From the NCBI GenBank assembly GCA_002269645.1, contig NIVC01002429.1, positions 62,001 through 126,000 of the forward strand: a stretch of 64,000 nucleotides of DNA, written 5' to 3'. The stretch comes from Macrostomum lignano. Lineage: Eukaryota. A program made the position numbers and the translations under genes. A model generated the notes under the pieces. It was not told the origin of the DNA and searched no databases. It was given only the letters and a program-made list of their open reading frames with translations. Below are positions 38,340 to 49,115 of the stretch, piece after piece (position 1 is the first letter of the stretch; every line of letters begins with the position of its first letter).

Positions 38340-39128
38340 TCCCATGCCCCCTGTGCCCTCCCTCATGCCCCCTGTGCCCTCCCCCATGGTCATGTGCCCT
38401 TCCCCATGGTCATGTGCCCTTCCCCATGGTCATGTGCCCTTCCCCATGGTCATGTGCCCTTCCCCATGGTCATGTGCCCTTCCCCATGGTCATGTGCCCT
38501 TCCCCATGGTCATGTGCCCTTCCCCATGGTCATGTGCCCTTCCCCATGGTCATGTGCCCTTCCCCATGGTCATGTGCCCTTCCCCATGGTCATGTGCCCT
38601 TCCCCATGGTCATACCCAAGTGCCCTTCCCCATGGTCATACCCAAGTGCCCTTCCCCATGGTCATACCCAAGTGCCCTTCCCCATGGTCATACCCAAGTG
38701 CCCTTCCCCATGGTCATACCTTCCCCATGGTCATACCCAAGTGCCCTTCCCCATGGTCATACCTTCCCCATGGTCATATGCCCTTCCCCATGGTCATACC
38801 CAAGTGCCCTTCCCCATGGTCATACCCAAGTGCCCTCCCCCATGGTCATACCCAAGTGCCCTTCCCCATGGTCATACCCAAGTGCCCTTCCCCATGGTCA
38901 TACCCAAGTGCCCTTCCCCATGGTCATACCTTCCCCATGGTCATACCTTCCCCATGGTCATACCTTCCCCATGGTCATACCTTCCCCATTGTCATACCTT
39001 CCCCATGGTCATACCTTCCCCATGGTCATACCCAAGTGCCCTTCCCCATGGTCATACCTTCCCCATGGTCATACCCCAGTGCCCTGCCCTTGGTCATACC
39101 CCAGTGCCCTGCCCTTGGTCATACCCAA
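38340..39128. repeat. 20/26-bp C-rich minisatellite cccttccccatggtcat(gtg|acccaagtg) in CDC42SE intron 2
   Basis: Direct tandem copies filling most of intron 38263-39185. Confidence 0.96.
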
Positions 39129-39185
39129 GCGGTTGATTGATCCGAGAGAATTCGCCCTTCCAATCAATCGTATTCCCATTCACAG

Positions 39186-39515
39186 TTCAGCAGCATCGAT
39201 CAGCAGCAGCAGCAGCAGTTCTCCCAGGCCGACAGTAGCAGTGGTGTCCCAGCCTCCAGCCGCTTCATCGACTTAGCCGTTCTGCGGGAGCAGAACTTTG
39301 AGCTGGCTAAATTAAGCGCCTATTTTCGCGGCCCGAGCTCCGCCTCGGCGGCGGCCGATGCTGTACCGAAAGAGCCCGGCGATGCCGACAGTGACAGCGG
39401 CCCGGATGCTGCCGTCGCCGAAGCTTCAACGGCGGGCGACGTAACGGCGGCTTATTTGGCGGCCTCTATGTCGCGCCCGTCGCCTGCGGCGGCCGCCACC
39501 GCTGCGGCTTTGTAA
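39186..39515 (+). CDS. CDC42SE: CDC42 small effector-like gene, last exon
   Basis: cacag|TTC, phase 0, 109 codons to TAA: FSSIDQQQQQQFSQ...AAATAAAL*. GC-rich; AATAAA at about 39928. Confidence 0.7.
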   Translation, partial: FSSIDQQQQQQFSQADSSSGVPASSRFIDLAVLREQNFELAKLSAYFRGPSSASAAADAVPKEPGDADSDSGPDAAVAEASTAGDVTAAYLAASMSRPSPAAAATAAAL

Positions 39516-40149
39516 ATTAATCAGGGACTAACCACAGATGCTATAATGATGGCTAGATGGGCCGTTTTATGCATGCAGCCGTTAATGTACATTAGCCCAG
39601 CGCCACTGAGAATGTACATGGCGGGCAGCCTTAAGCCATGAAATAAGGAGCCATTGCAAACAACTCGCTGGTAACTAAGTGCTCAGTAATTCTACAGCGA
39701 CCTCAGAGTCGCAGACAATAAAACACCTCAAATTGACCCTTAGGCGACTGACTCTTCGACAACTTTTCAGCAACTTGTACCGTGACATCTCGTCATCTGT
39801 AGAGTCACCTCTTTCCTATTTTACCTCTGGTACCTGCACCAACTCTGGTACTCTAGGTACCAGAATTAGAAGTGGTTGAAGTGGTCCTTCTAGTAGGTAT
39901 TTATGGTTATCTGTGAGACTATTGCAATAAATAAACTTAAATTATGACAGTGAGTTCAGCCAGTGAGTGCACTGCAAGATAAGTATGAAGAAAATATAAT
40001 TTATGCGTGTGTGATAGATATGAAGGACGAGAAAATAGAAGTGTAGAGCAAAGCCAAAGACAGGGGTTGAGACTCGAGAACGCAATGGAAAGTTGCGAAA
40101 AACCCCTAGGAATTCCCACAATGAAGAGGGGCGAAACCCAGGTCCCCAA

Positions 40150-43100
40150 TTTTTAAGTCCCAAATCCCTCGTATCTTAAATCCCAAATCCTTATTTCTTG
40201 AAACCCAAATCCACTATTTCTTGAATCCCAAATCCTTTATTTCATAGATCCCAAATCCCTTATTTCTTGAAATCCAAATCCCTTATTTCTTGAAATCCAA
40301 ATCCCTTATTTCTTGAAACCCAAATCCCCTATTTCTTGAAATCCAAATCCCCTATTTCTTGAAACCCGAATCCCCTATTTCTTGAAATCCAAATCCCCTA
40401 TTTCTTGAAACCCAAATCCCCTATTTCTTGAAACCCAAATCCACTATTTCTTGAAACCCAAATCCCCTATTTCTTGAAACCCAAATCCCCTATTTCTTGA
40501 AACCCAAATCCCCTATTTCTTGAAACCCAAATCCCCTATTTCTTGAAACCCAAATCCCCTATTTCTTGAAACCCAAATCCCCTATTTCTTGAAACCCAAA
40601 TCCCCTATTTCTTGAAATCCAAATCCCCTATTTCTTGAAACCCAAATCCCCTATTTCTTGAAACCCAAATCCCCTATTTCTTGAAATCCAAATCCCCTAT
40701 TTCTTGAAACCCAAATCCCCTATTTCTTGAATCCCAAATCCCCTATTTCTTGAAATCCAAATCCACTATTTCTTGAAATCCAAATCCACTATTTCTTGAA
40801 TCCCAAATCCACTATTTCTTGAAACCCAAATCCCCTATTTCTTGAAATCCAAATCCACTATTTCTTGAAATCCAAATCCCCTATTTCTTGAATCCCAAAT
40901 CCACTATTTCTTGAAACCCAAATCCTTTATTTCTTGAATCCCAAATCCCCTATTTCTTGAAACCCAAATCCCCTATTTCTTGAATCCCAAATCCCCTATT
41001 TCTTGAAACCCAAATCCCCTATTTCTTGAAATCCAAATCCCTTATTTCTTGAAACCCAAATCCACTATTTCTTGAATCCCAAATCCTTTATTTCATAGAT
41101 CCCAAATCCCTTATTTCTTGAAATCCAAATCCCTTATTTCTTGAAACCCAAATCCACTATTTCTTGAATCCCAAATCCTTTATTTCATAGATCCCAAATC
41201 CCTTATTTCTTGAAATCCAAATCCCTTATTTCTTGAAATCCAAATCCCCTATTTCTTGAAACCCGAATCCCCTATTTCTTGAAATCCAAATCCCTTATTT
41301 CTTGAAATCCAAATCCCTTATTTCTTGAAACCCAAATCCCCTATTTCTTGAAATCCAAATCCCCTATTTCTTGAAACCCAAATCCCCTATTTCTTGAAAC
41401 CCAAATCCCTTATTTCTTGAAACCCAAATCCCCTATTTCTTGAAATCCAAATCCCCTATTTCTTGAAACCCAAATCCCCCATTTCTTGAAATCCAAATCC
41501 CCTATTTCTTGAAACCCAAATCCACTATTTCTTGAAACCCAAATCCCCTATTTCTTGAAACCCAAATCCACTATTTCTTGAAACCCAAATCCCCTATTTC
41601 TTGAAACCCAAATCCCCCATTTCTTGAAACCCAAATCCCCCATTTCTTGAAACCCAAATCCCCTATTTCTTGAAACACAAATCCCCCATTTCTTGAAACC
41701 CAAATCCCCTACATCTTGAAACCCGAATCCCCCATTTCTTGAAATCCAAATCCCCTATTTCTTGAAATCCAAATCCCCTATTTCTTGAATCCCAAATCCC
41801 CTATTTCTTGAATCCCAAATCCCCTATTTCTTGAAATCCAAATCCCCTATTTCTTGAAACCCAAATCCCCTATTTCTTGAATCCCAAATCCCCTATTTCT
41901 TGAAATCCAAATCCACTATTTCTTGAAATCCAAATCCACTATTTCTTGAATCCCAAATCCACTATTTCTTGAAACCCAAATCCCCTATTTCTTGAAATCC
42001 AAATCCACTATTTCTTGAAATCCAAATCCCCTATTTCTTGAATCCCAAATCCACTATTTCTTGAAACCCAAATCCTTTATTTCTTGAAACCCAATTCCCT
42101 ATTTCTTGAAACCCAAATCCCCTATTTCTTGAATCCCAAATCCCCTATTTCTTGAAACCCAAATCCCCTATTTCTTGAAATCCAAATCCCTTATTTCTTG
42201 AAACCCAAATCCACTATTTCTTGAATCCCAAATCCTTTATTTCATAGATCCCAAATCCCTTATTTCTTGAAATCCAAATCCCTTATTTCTTGAAATCCAA
42301 ATCCCCTATTTCTTGAAACCCGAATCCCCTATTTCTTGAAATCCAAATCCCTTATTTCTTGAAATCCAAATCCCTTATTTCTTGAAACCCAAATCCCCTA
42401 TTTCTTGAAACCCAAATCCCCTATTTCTTGAATCCCAAATCCCCTATTTCTTGAATCCCAAATCCCCTATTTCTTGAAACCCAAATCCCCTATTTCTTGA
42501 AATCCAAATCCCTTATTTCTTGAAACCCAAATCCACTATTTCTTGAATCCCAAATCCTTTATTTCATAGATCCCAAATCCCTTATTTCTTGAAATCCAAA
42601 TCCCTTATTTCTTGAAACCCAAATCCACTATTTCTTGAATCCCAAATCCTTTATTTCATAGATCCCAAATCCCTTATTTCTTGAAATCCAAATCCCTTAT
42701 TTCTTGAAATCCAAATCCCCTATTTCTTGAAACCCGAATCCCCTATTTCTTGAAATCCAAATCCCTTATTTCTTGAAATCCAAATCCCTTATTTCTTGAA
42801 ATCCAAATCCCTTATTTCTTGAAACCCAAATCCCCTATTTCTTGAAATCCAAATCCACTATTTCTTGAAACCCAAATCCCCTATTTCTTGAAACCCAAAT
42901 CCCCCATTTCTTGAAACCCAAATCCCCTACATCTTGAAACCCGAATCCCCCATTTCTTGAAATCCAAATCCCCTATTTCTTGAAATCCAAATCCCCTATT
43001 TCTTGAATCCCAAATCCCCTATTTCTTGAAACCCAAATCCCCTATTTCTTGAAACCCAAATCCCCTATTTCTTGAAACCCAAATCCCCTATTTCTTGAAT

Positions 43101-43540
43101 CCCAAATCCCCTATTTCTTGAAACCCAAATCCCCTATTTCTTGAAACCCAAATCCCCTATTTCTTGAAACCCAAATCCACTATTTCTTGAAACCCAAATC
43201 CCCTATTTCTTGAAACCCAAATCCCCTATTTCTTGAAATCCAAATCCCCTATTTCTTGAAACCCAAATCCCCTATTTCTTGAAACCCAAATCCCCTATTT
43301 CTTGAAACCCAAATCCCCTATTTCTTGAAACCCAAATCCCCTATTTCTTGAAACCCAAATCCCCTATTTCTTGAAACCCAAATCCCCTATTTCTTGAAAC
43401 CCAAATCCCCTATTTCTTGAATCCCAAATCCCCTATTTCTTGAATCCCAAATCCCCTATTTCTTGAAACCCAAATCCTGTATTTTTAAATCCCTAATACG
43501 TCATTTCTTGAACATTAAATCCTTCATTTCCAAGCTGGAT
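40150..43540. repeat. 23-bp satellite TATTTCTTGAAACCCAAATCCCC (about 145 copies)
   Basis: Direct tandem copies; the longest array in the window. Confidence 0.98.
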
Positions 43541-44629
43541 TTCCAAGTCCCAAATAAATATTTGGTATTATGCAGCTCTACAAGTGTTTAATTACAATAT
43601 GCATGCAGCTAATTTTATTTAACTAAAAGTATTTTACAGAAATGGCCTGAAAATCGTTAAAAGCAAATTTTTTCACCTCGTACCTTTGAGCTATTTCATT
43701 CATATTTTCCATTAGTAATTGGTCATTTGACGAAGCCACCGACCGATACCAAAATAACTAGATGGGGCCACTCAGGCATATATGCTTAGTAAAAGCTTAG
43801 CAAAACAGCTTTCTACTTTCAGTTCAGTAGCAGAGGAGAACATTAGGCTATTTTATAAAAATAAAGGAAGCTGAAATGACTTGGGTAAGTTTAGAAGCCC
43901 AAGCTTGCAGGCGTAAACAGCTTGCTAATTGGTTCAGCAATAATGTACATTGTCCACTGAAATGTACATGGCAGCTTTAGGCTGGAATTCCGAGAAAGGC
44001 AATAAAAATTGGGGCGGGGGCAGTGTGGAAAGGCGCGGTTGGAGGGTTTAAGCTGGAGGCAAGAGCCAATAAATGAGCCTTGGCTTTAAAAATACATTAA
44101 AATGCTTCCGTTTAACTTACTACTGAACTGAAAGTAGCTTACACACTGAGTGACCCATCCAGTTATTCTAGTATCTGTGGACGAAGCATGCAACATTTCG
44201 AAAGCTTTATATTGTGTCTTAGTAAATTCTGATGCCCTATACACAATGCAATACAAATTTATATGCAATAGTATTAGCAGTTATGAGACTCCACATTGCA
44301 TATTATTAACTCAGATTTATCACTTCCATGCATAGATTTCCAAATATTCATGCTTTGCATATTATTTGAATATTCACTGATTATTGACGCCGTCGCGGCA
44401 CATTATTTGATTATTGTTCTGATCTTTTCCATGTTATGACAATCTTTCTGAAAGCTAACTTTTTCTTTACTAATTAATTTTTAAAGTACTCACTTTATAA
44501 ATTGCGTTTTTATTGATTTTTGTTACACGCTATAATTATAGCTAGAATTTTCAAAATGCGATTGCTACCGCTAGTAGTAGTATTTTTAACATTGCTGATA
44601 ATAGAACCTCATAAATGCGAAATCTAATC

Positions 44630-45800
44630 TTGATCTAGATTTGATTCAAGCTAGATTTAGCTAAATTTGATGCTGTCTGTAGCTAGATCTCAAACTAGAT
44701 GTAGCTAGATCTCCGGCTAGCTGTAGCTAGATCTCCGGCTAGCTGCAGCTAGATCTCAGGCTAGCTGTAGCTAGATCTCCGGCTAGCTGTAGCTAGATCT
44801 CTGACTAGATGTAGCTATATCTCAGGCTAGCTGTAGCTAGATCTCCGGCTAGATGTAGCTAGATCTCCGGCTAGATGTAGCTAGATCTCTGGCTAGATGT
44901 AGCTAGATCTCCGGCTAGATGTAGCTAGATCTCCGGCTAGATGTAGCTATATCTCTGACTAGATGTAGCTAGATCTCAGACTAGATGTAGCTAGATCTCA
45001 GGCTAGCTGTAGCTAGATCTCTGACTAGATGTAGCTATATCTCAGACTAGATGTAGCTAGATCTCAGGCTAGCTGTAGCTAGATCTCTGACTAGATGTAG
45101 CTAGATCTCCGGCTAGATGTAGCTAGATCTCCGGCTAGATGTAGCTAGATCTCTGGCTAGATGTAGCTAGATCTCCGGCTAGATGTAGCTAGATCTCCGG
45201 CTAGATGTAGCTAGATCTCTGACTAGATGTAGCTAGATCTCTGGCTAGATGTAGCTAGATCTGACACCAAATTTAGCTAGATCTCTGGCTAGATGTAGCT
45301 AGATCTCAGGCTAGATGTAGCTAGATCTCAGGCTAGATGTAGCTAGATCTCCGGCTAGATGTAGCTAGATCTCAGGCTAGATGTAGCTAGATCTCAGGCT
45401 AGATGTAGCTAGATCTCCGGCTAGATGTAGCTAGATCTCAGGCTAGATGTAGCTAGATCTCCGGCTAGATGTAGCTAGACCTCCGGCTAGATGTATCTAG
45501 ATCTGACACCAAATTTAGCTAGATCTCTGGCTAGATGTAGCTAGATCTCAGGCTAGATGTAGCTAGATCTCAGGCTAGATGTAGCTAGATCTCCGGCTAG
45601 ATGTAGCTAGATCTCCGGCTAGATGTATCTAGATCTGACACCAAATTTAGCTAGATCTCTGGCTAGATGTAGCTAGATCTCAGGCTAGATGTAGCTATAT
45701 CTCCGGCTAGATGTAGCTAGATCTCCGGCTAGATGTAGCTAGACCTCCGGCTAGATGTATCTAGATCTGACACCAAATTTAGCTAGATCTCTGGCTAGCT
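44630..45800. repeat. 22-bp satellite GGCTAGATGTAGCTAGATCTCC, rich in palindromes
   Basis: Direct tandem copies containing TAGCTA, AGATCT, CTAG and CCGG. Confidence 0.96.
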
Positions 45801-46302
45801 GTTGAAATGTAACTAGATTTTAGAGATTCCAAACCAACAGATTTTAAGACTCAAGCTTCAGCAATGTTGTTCTATTGCTACTACGTAACGGCTGGATTTG
45901 TTGCTGTGTACTTGACGCTTCCATCGATTTATTGTTGAATTGTTTCGTACGGCAGCTGTCTGCCTGTCAATCACTTGCCATGTCCTCGCAAATTAAACTA
46001 CGCTGATGCTTGACGCTCTTGACTTCAATATACTGTCCAATCCGCCTTTTGACTAATTTGTCTATTCAAATTCAATTTAGGTGTTCGATTTTTTTCCATC
46101 CTCTAATATTAAGGCTCAGAACAGTAGCGAGACTATTTTTAATTACTGGATTATTGAATAAAACTATATTTAATTTGATTCTGTTTCTGTTCCGTTTGCC
46201 ACTGCGGCAGGAATCCAAGCCTTTTTTACCGGCTATTGAAAAAAACCATGAAGTATCTATTTCTTTGTTCTTCTTTTTTGACGTTGCCATAAGATCGCAT
46301 AA

Positions 46303-46628
46303 CAAGGCCCTTTGATGTCTCTTCCATACGGATTGTGCGGCAAGGCCCTTTGATGTCTCTTCCATACGGATTGTGCGGCAAGGCCCTTTGATGTCTCTTC
46401 CATACGGATTGTGCGGCAAGGCCCTTTGATGTCCCTTCCATACGGATTGTGCGGCAAGGCCCTTTGATGTCTCTTTCATACGGATTGTGCGGCAAGGCCC
46501 TTTGATGTCTCTTCCATACGGATTGTGCGGCAAGGCCCTTTGATGTCTCTTCCATACGGATTGTGCGGCAAGGTCCTTTGATGTCTTTTCCAGACGGATT
46601 GTGCGGCAAGGCCCTTTGATGTCCCTTC
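46303..46628. repeat. 38-bp minisatellite caaggccctttgatgtctcttccatacggattgtgcgg (about 8.5 copies)
   Basis: Direct tandem copies. Confidence 0.95.
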
Positions 46629-47089
46629 CTAATCGTCAGGCATGTACACACTGTGCCTTGGGGTTGGCCCTCATGTGTGAATCGCACGAGAGCCTCCAGC
46701 CAATTTTCTTGCCCAAGCCCCAAATGTGGCTGCGCATAGATTCATAGAATCGCGCTGCCCCTGATTGTGCGCGAGTTTCTTTGATGAGTTACTTTTGCAT
46801 TTTTCAATAACAAAAAATCAGTGATCCATCCTGTTTGACTTATTTAAAGTGGAACGCAAATTGTTTTAAGAAAATCTAAGTCGACTTATTTATTTATCGT
46901 TGAGGTTTCTAAAATCGGATGCCCTTGAAAAAGAGAAAGGGAGTAGGCTGTATTTCGATCTGAAAAGCAGTGTAAATTACTTTTTTTAATAATTACCGCG
47001 TTTTACACATCGAGAGAAGCAGAGGAAAATGTTGGGATTTAAAACGCAAATAAAAGGAAGGAAAGTAAAGAAAGTATTTATAAAATCAA

Positions 47090-47221
47090 TCACAAGATGG
47101 CGCAGCCCTCCAGCTCCTCGGAGATCATGTGCTGAAGGTTCATCAGTCCGCTAGCCGATGCCTCCACAATTTCCTGGTTGAGATTCTCCAGTACCGCGCC
47201 CTGCTCCTCCATGATTTGCTT
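47090..47221 (-). CDS. PEX19: PEX19-domain protein, last exon ending in CaaX (CAIL)
   Basis: taacag|AAG, phase 0: KQIMEEQGAVLENLNQEIVEASASGLMNLQHMISEELEGCAIL*. Confidence 0.72.
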   Translation of the reverse strand, partial: KQIMEEQGAVLENLNQEIVEASASGLMNLQHMISEELEGCAIL

Positions 47222-47304
47222 CTGTTAAATCGAGGTTTTATTAATGAAGTTTAAATTTGTTTGTTAAGATACGTTTAAACCATGGGTCCCTAAGGCTCGG
47301 TTCA

Positions 47305-47580
47305 TGCGCAAGCCAGCCAATCAGATTAAAGATGGGGGAAGGAATAGTGCCAGTCGACTGGGGGCACTGGAGTTGGGTTCAGGCGTAAGCCAGCCAATCA
47401 AATTGAAGATGGGGGAGGAATAGTGCCAGTCGACTGGGGGCACTGGAGTTGGGTTCAGGCGTAAGCCAGCCAATCAAATTGAAGATGGGGAAGGAATAGT
47501 GCCAGTCGACTGGGGGGCACTGGAGTTGGGTTCAGGCGCAAGCCAGCCAATCAGATTGACGATGGTGGGAGGAATAGTGT
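47305..47580. repeat. About 77-bp tandem repeat (3.5 copies) in a PEX19-like intron
   Basis: gcaagccagccaatcagattaaagatgggggaaggaatagtgccagtcgactgggggcactggagttgggttcagg repeated. Confidence 0.92.
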
Positions 47581-47594
47581 CATTCAAGCCTCAC

Positions 47595-47798
47595 CCGTTT
47601 TTCATCAATCTCTTCGGGCAGTTGGCCCAGCGCGCTGGCTTCCTGAGCCAAGTTGAGCAGCTGTATAGTGACGCCCGGCCCAACCTCACCGCTGTCGTAG
47701 ATCTCGGTCATGGAGGCGTACACTTGGCCAAGCCGGAGACACCGGCTGTGCTCCTCCTCCGTCAGTTCGGCCGCCTTTGACTCCGCGTATTCTGGCAG
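47595..47798 (-). CDS. PEX19: PEX19-domain protein exon
   Basis: ttcag|CTG...CGG|GTGAGG: LPEYAESKAAELTEEEHSRC...LLNLAQEASALGQLPEEIDEKR aligns by eye with PEX19 YPEWL...VLDLMQQLQDLGHPPKEL. Confidence 0.75.
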
Positions 47799-47875
47799 CT
47801 GAATGATACAGTAGTGTAAAGAAACACGCTATTCATTGTATAGGAACTCGTAAAACTGCTCACTTAAAAACTCAC

Positions 47876-48033
47876 CGCTCTGGTAAGGAACGACACGAAC
47901 GGGTATTGCACTTCCTTGGCCAGGTTCTTGGCAAGAATGGGCATCATGAAACTCATGATGAGGTTGCCAGCTGAGTTGACTATTTCGCCGCCAACGCTGT
48001 CCTCCATCTCTTCAAGCAGAGATCCCATCAAAC
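47876..48033 (-). CDS. PEX19: PEX19-domain protein exon
   Basis: Phase-1 start, donor GCG|GTGAGT. GNLIMSFMMPILAKNLAKEVQYPFVSFLTRA resembles PEX19 GNILPIMQSIMQNLLSKDVLYPSLKEITEK. The acceptor (aaaaag) is weak. Confidence 0.72.
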
Positions 48034-48117
48034 CTTTTTTTGAGGATGCGTTTGAAAAGGGAAATATACTTCGTTCTTTTTTATTATAAGAAATCGATCG
48101 AGGGACCAATCAATACG

Positions 48118-48345
48118 AGCTAAGCCAATAAGGGGTGGGCAACTCCTTATCAGCCAATAAGGGGCAGGCAATTCCTTTTCAGCCAATAAGGGGCAGGCAA
48201 TTCCTTTTCAGCCAATGGGGGTGGGCTACTCCTTATCAGCCAATGAGGGTTGGGCTACTACTGATCAGCCAATATGGGCTACTCCTTATCAGCCAATGAG
48301 GGGTGGGCTACTCCTGATCATCCAATAGGGTGGGCTACTCCTTAA
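48118..48345. repeat. About 29-bp CCAAT-containing tandem repeat in a PEX19-like intron
   Basis: cagccaataaggggtgggcaactccttat-like units, about 8 copies. Confidence 0.88.
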
Positions 48346-48395
48346 TCAGGCCATGAATACTAATTGAAAGGCTGAATATTGGCTCCTCCTCTCAC

Positions 48396-48528
48396 CAAGA
48401 AGCGTGTCCAGCTGCTCGGGTTCCTCTTCCTCCTCTCTGTGCTCTTCCTCTTCCTCCTCTGGCGAGTCGAACAGGTGATGAAGCCGATTGGTGAGGCTGC
48501 TTTTCGCTTGTTGATCGTCTGGGCTGTC
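48396..48528 (-). CDS. PEX19-domain protein, acidic exon
   Basis: atttag|GAC...CTT G|GTGAGA: DSPDDQQAKSSLTNRLHHLFDSPEEEEEEHREEEEEPEQLDTLL; phase 1 matches the next exon. Confidence 0.7.
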
Positions 48529-48606
48529 CTAAATGTTTTCATATTAGTAACCAACGTACAGTTTCTAATATAACTAGATATCATGAAACTATTTAGCTAT
48601 TCTTAC

Positions 48607-48801
48607 ATCAAGTGTTCTGCGCGCTTCGTTTAACCAGCGTATGGTGCGTCGCAGATTCCTCTGGCCGAGCTGGTCGCCAGTACTGCTCATGCTGGGCACC
48701 CGCATGAAGCCGGGGAACGCCTGCAGTGCGTTGAACATGATCTGGCGCTGTCTGGCCGTCAGCTGCACGCCACCTGCGTTGATTGCGTTTGTCCGCGAGG
48801 A
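48607..48801 (-). CDS. PEX19-domain gene, upstream exon (5' border uncertain: 48801, 48773 or ATG at 48738)
   Basis: Donor GAT|GTAAGA, phase 0; GC-rich ...QIMFNALQAFPGFMRVPSMSSTGDQLGQRNLRRTIRWLNEARRTLD. Confidence 0.55.
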
Positions 48802-48889
48802 CTTGGTGAAGACAATCAATAGAGATCGATTGACGGATGGGGAAAGCAGTAAAGGCAGGGTACGAGCGCGTTGTGACAGGATTGGCGAG

Positions 48890-49115
48890 TGACGGGCTGG
48901 GGAAGGGAGTAGGCTAGGTACATACAGTTGCAGGGGCGAGAGACGGGCTGGGCAAGGAAGGGAGTGGGCTATGTACATACAGTTGGAGGGGCGAGAGACG
49001 GGCTGGGGAAGGGAGTAGGCTAGGTACATACAGTTGCAGGGGCGAGAGACGGGCTGGGCAAGGAAGGGAGTGGGCTATGTACATACAGTTGGAGGGGCGA
49101 GAGACGAGCTGGGTA
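48890..49115. repeat. 51-bp tandem repeat (about 4.5 copies)
   Basis: gacgggctggggaagggagtaggctaggtacatacagttgcaggggcgaga units. Confidence 0.9.

Noticed and set aside
45850-46760. Small hydrophobic or basic ORFs around the 38-bp array
   Set aside because: I could not build a consistent splice chain or recognise any homology.
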